Part shown: one piece after another, positions 63,376 to 64,000 of the stretch | Position numbering within the stretch: the first letter of the stretch is position 1 | How the letters are laid out: every line of letters begins with the position of its first letter | Source of the DNA: Micrococcus sp. | GTDB lineage: Bacteria; Actinomycetota; Actinomycetes; Actinomycetales; Micrococcaceae | Reading direction: 5' to 3' | Length of the DNA stretch: 64,000 nucleotides | NCBI RefSeq assembly: GCF_034179925.1 | Contig: NZ_JAXFPG010000047.1 | Coordinates: 6,487-70,486 of the forward strand | Position numbers and translations under genes: made by a program | The notes under the pieces: generated by a model | Told to the model about the DNA's origin: nothing | What the model saw: the letters and a program-made list of their open reading frames with translations, nothing else | The model's database searches: none

Positions 63376-64000
63376 GCGACCGCCTGCGACTCAGTGCGGA
63401 TGAGCGCGAGGTAGCACTCCTCCAGAGTGGGAGCCCGCTCGAGGAAGTCCTGGGGCAGTGCGCCGGAGACTTCGAGGGTGCGGCGGAAGCGCTCTGCGGC
63501 AGCGGGGTCGTTCCACTGCAGGTGGATGTGGTCGCGGCCGTGGAAGGACTGCACGTCGACGGTGGCCTCCGGGGCTGAGGCAGTCAGGGCGTCCGGGGAG
63601 TGGCTGCCAGGGTTAGCGGAGAAAGTGGTGACGCGGTGCACTCCGCTGGCCTGCTTGATTCCCGTCAGCGGTCCTTGGGCCTGGATTCGACCAGAGCGCA
63701 TCACGATGATCCGGTCTGCCAGGGCTTCAGCCTCGGCCAACTGGTGGGTGGTGAGCAGGATGGCCACCCCTGTGGCGGCGAGGTTCCGGACGAGGTGGCG
63801 CACGATGAGGGAGTTCTCCGGGTCCAGGCCATTGGTGGGCTCATCCAGCAGCAGCAGCTGGGGTCGACCCAACAGCCCGCGCGCGATATGCAGGCGCTGA
63901 CGCATGCCCTTGGAGAGCTCACCGGCTTTGGATTCTGCCTTATCGTCTAGTCCCACGGCCTCCAGTGCCTCGGCCACTCGTGTCTGGCGCTCCCGCGAGG
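63372..64000 (-). CDS. ABC exporter ATP-binding subunit (5' end beyond window)
   Basis: Signature LSKGMRQR, Walker B LLLLDEPT and H-loop LTTH. Confidence 0.9.
   Translation of the reverse strand, partial: SRERQTRVAEALEAVGLDDKAESKAGELSKGMRQRLHIARGLLGRPQLLLLDEPTNGLDPENSLIVRHLVRNLAATGVAILLTTHQLAEAEALADRIIVMRSGRIQAQGPLTGIKQASGVHRVTTFSANPGSHSPDALTASAPEATVDVQSFHGRDHIHLQWNDPAAAERFRRTLEVSGALPQDFLERAPTLEECYLALIRTESQAVA

Overview
High-GC actinobacterial chromosome segment; gene content and leaderless TANNNT promoters suggest Micrococcaceae (inference). The backbone is housekeeping and catabolic: upp (partial), tadA, tRNA-Ser(CGA), rlmH, lhr, nei, a glgC-like gene, an RluA synthase, tgt, a thiD/pdxK-family kinase, gcvP-gcvT under a glycine riboswitch, an orphan ectC, an acyl-CoA/valine catabolic cluster (mmsA, mmsB, crotonases), etfBA and sdaA. 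Accessory inserts: (1) an Abi-like HEPN gene preceded by a long hairpin; (2) a DUF3800 gene followed by a convergent, promoter-bearing ~70-nt two-hairpin RNA candidate; (3) a DUF559/Vsr-like nuclease gene bracketed by its own family of long palindromes; (4) a small secreted Cys-pair peptide next to a two-component system; (5) a Dam-type MTase plus DpnII-like nuclease pair; (6) a right-end mosaic island with an IS3 remnant, a second DUF3800-like remnant with the same convergent RNA architecture, a serine resolvase and an ABC exporter. The best candidate for an undescribed system is the 'DUF3800(-like) nuclease gene -> <- small structured RNA' module, seen twice independently. All assignments come from reading motifs by eye; no database searches were run, and several start codons were adjusted from the ORF track.
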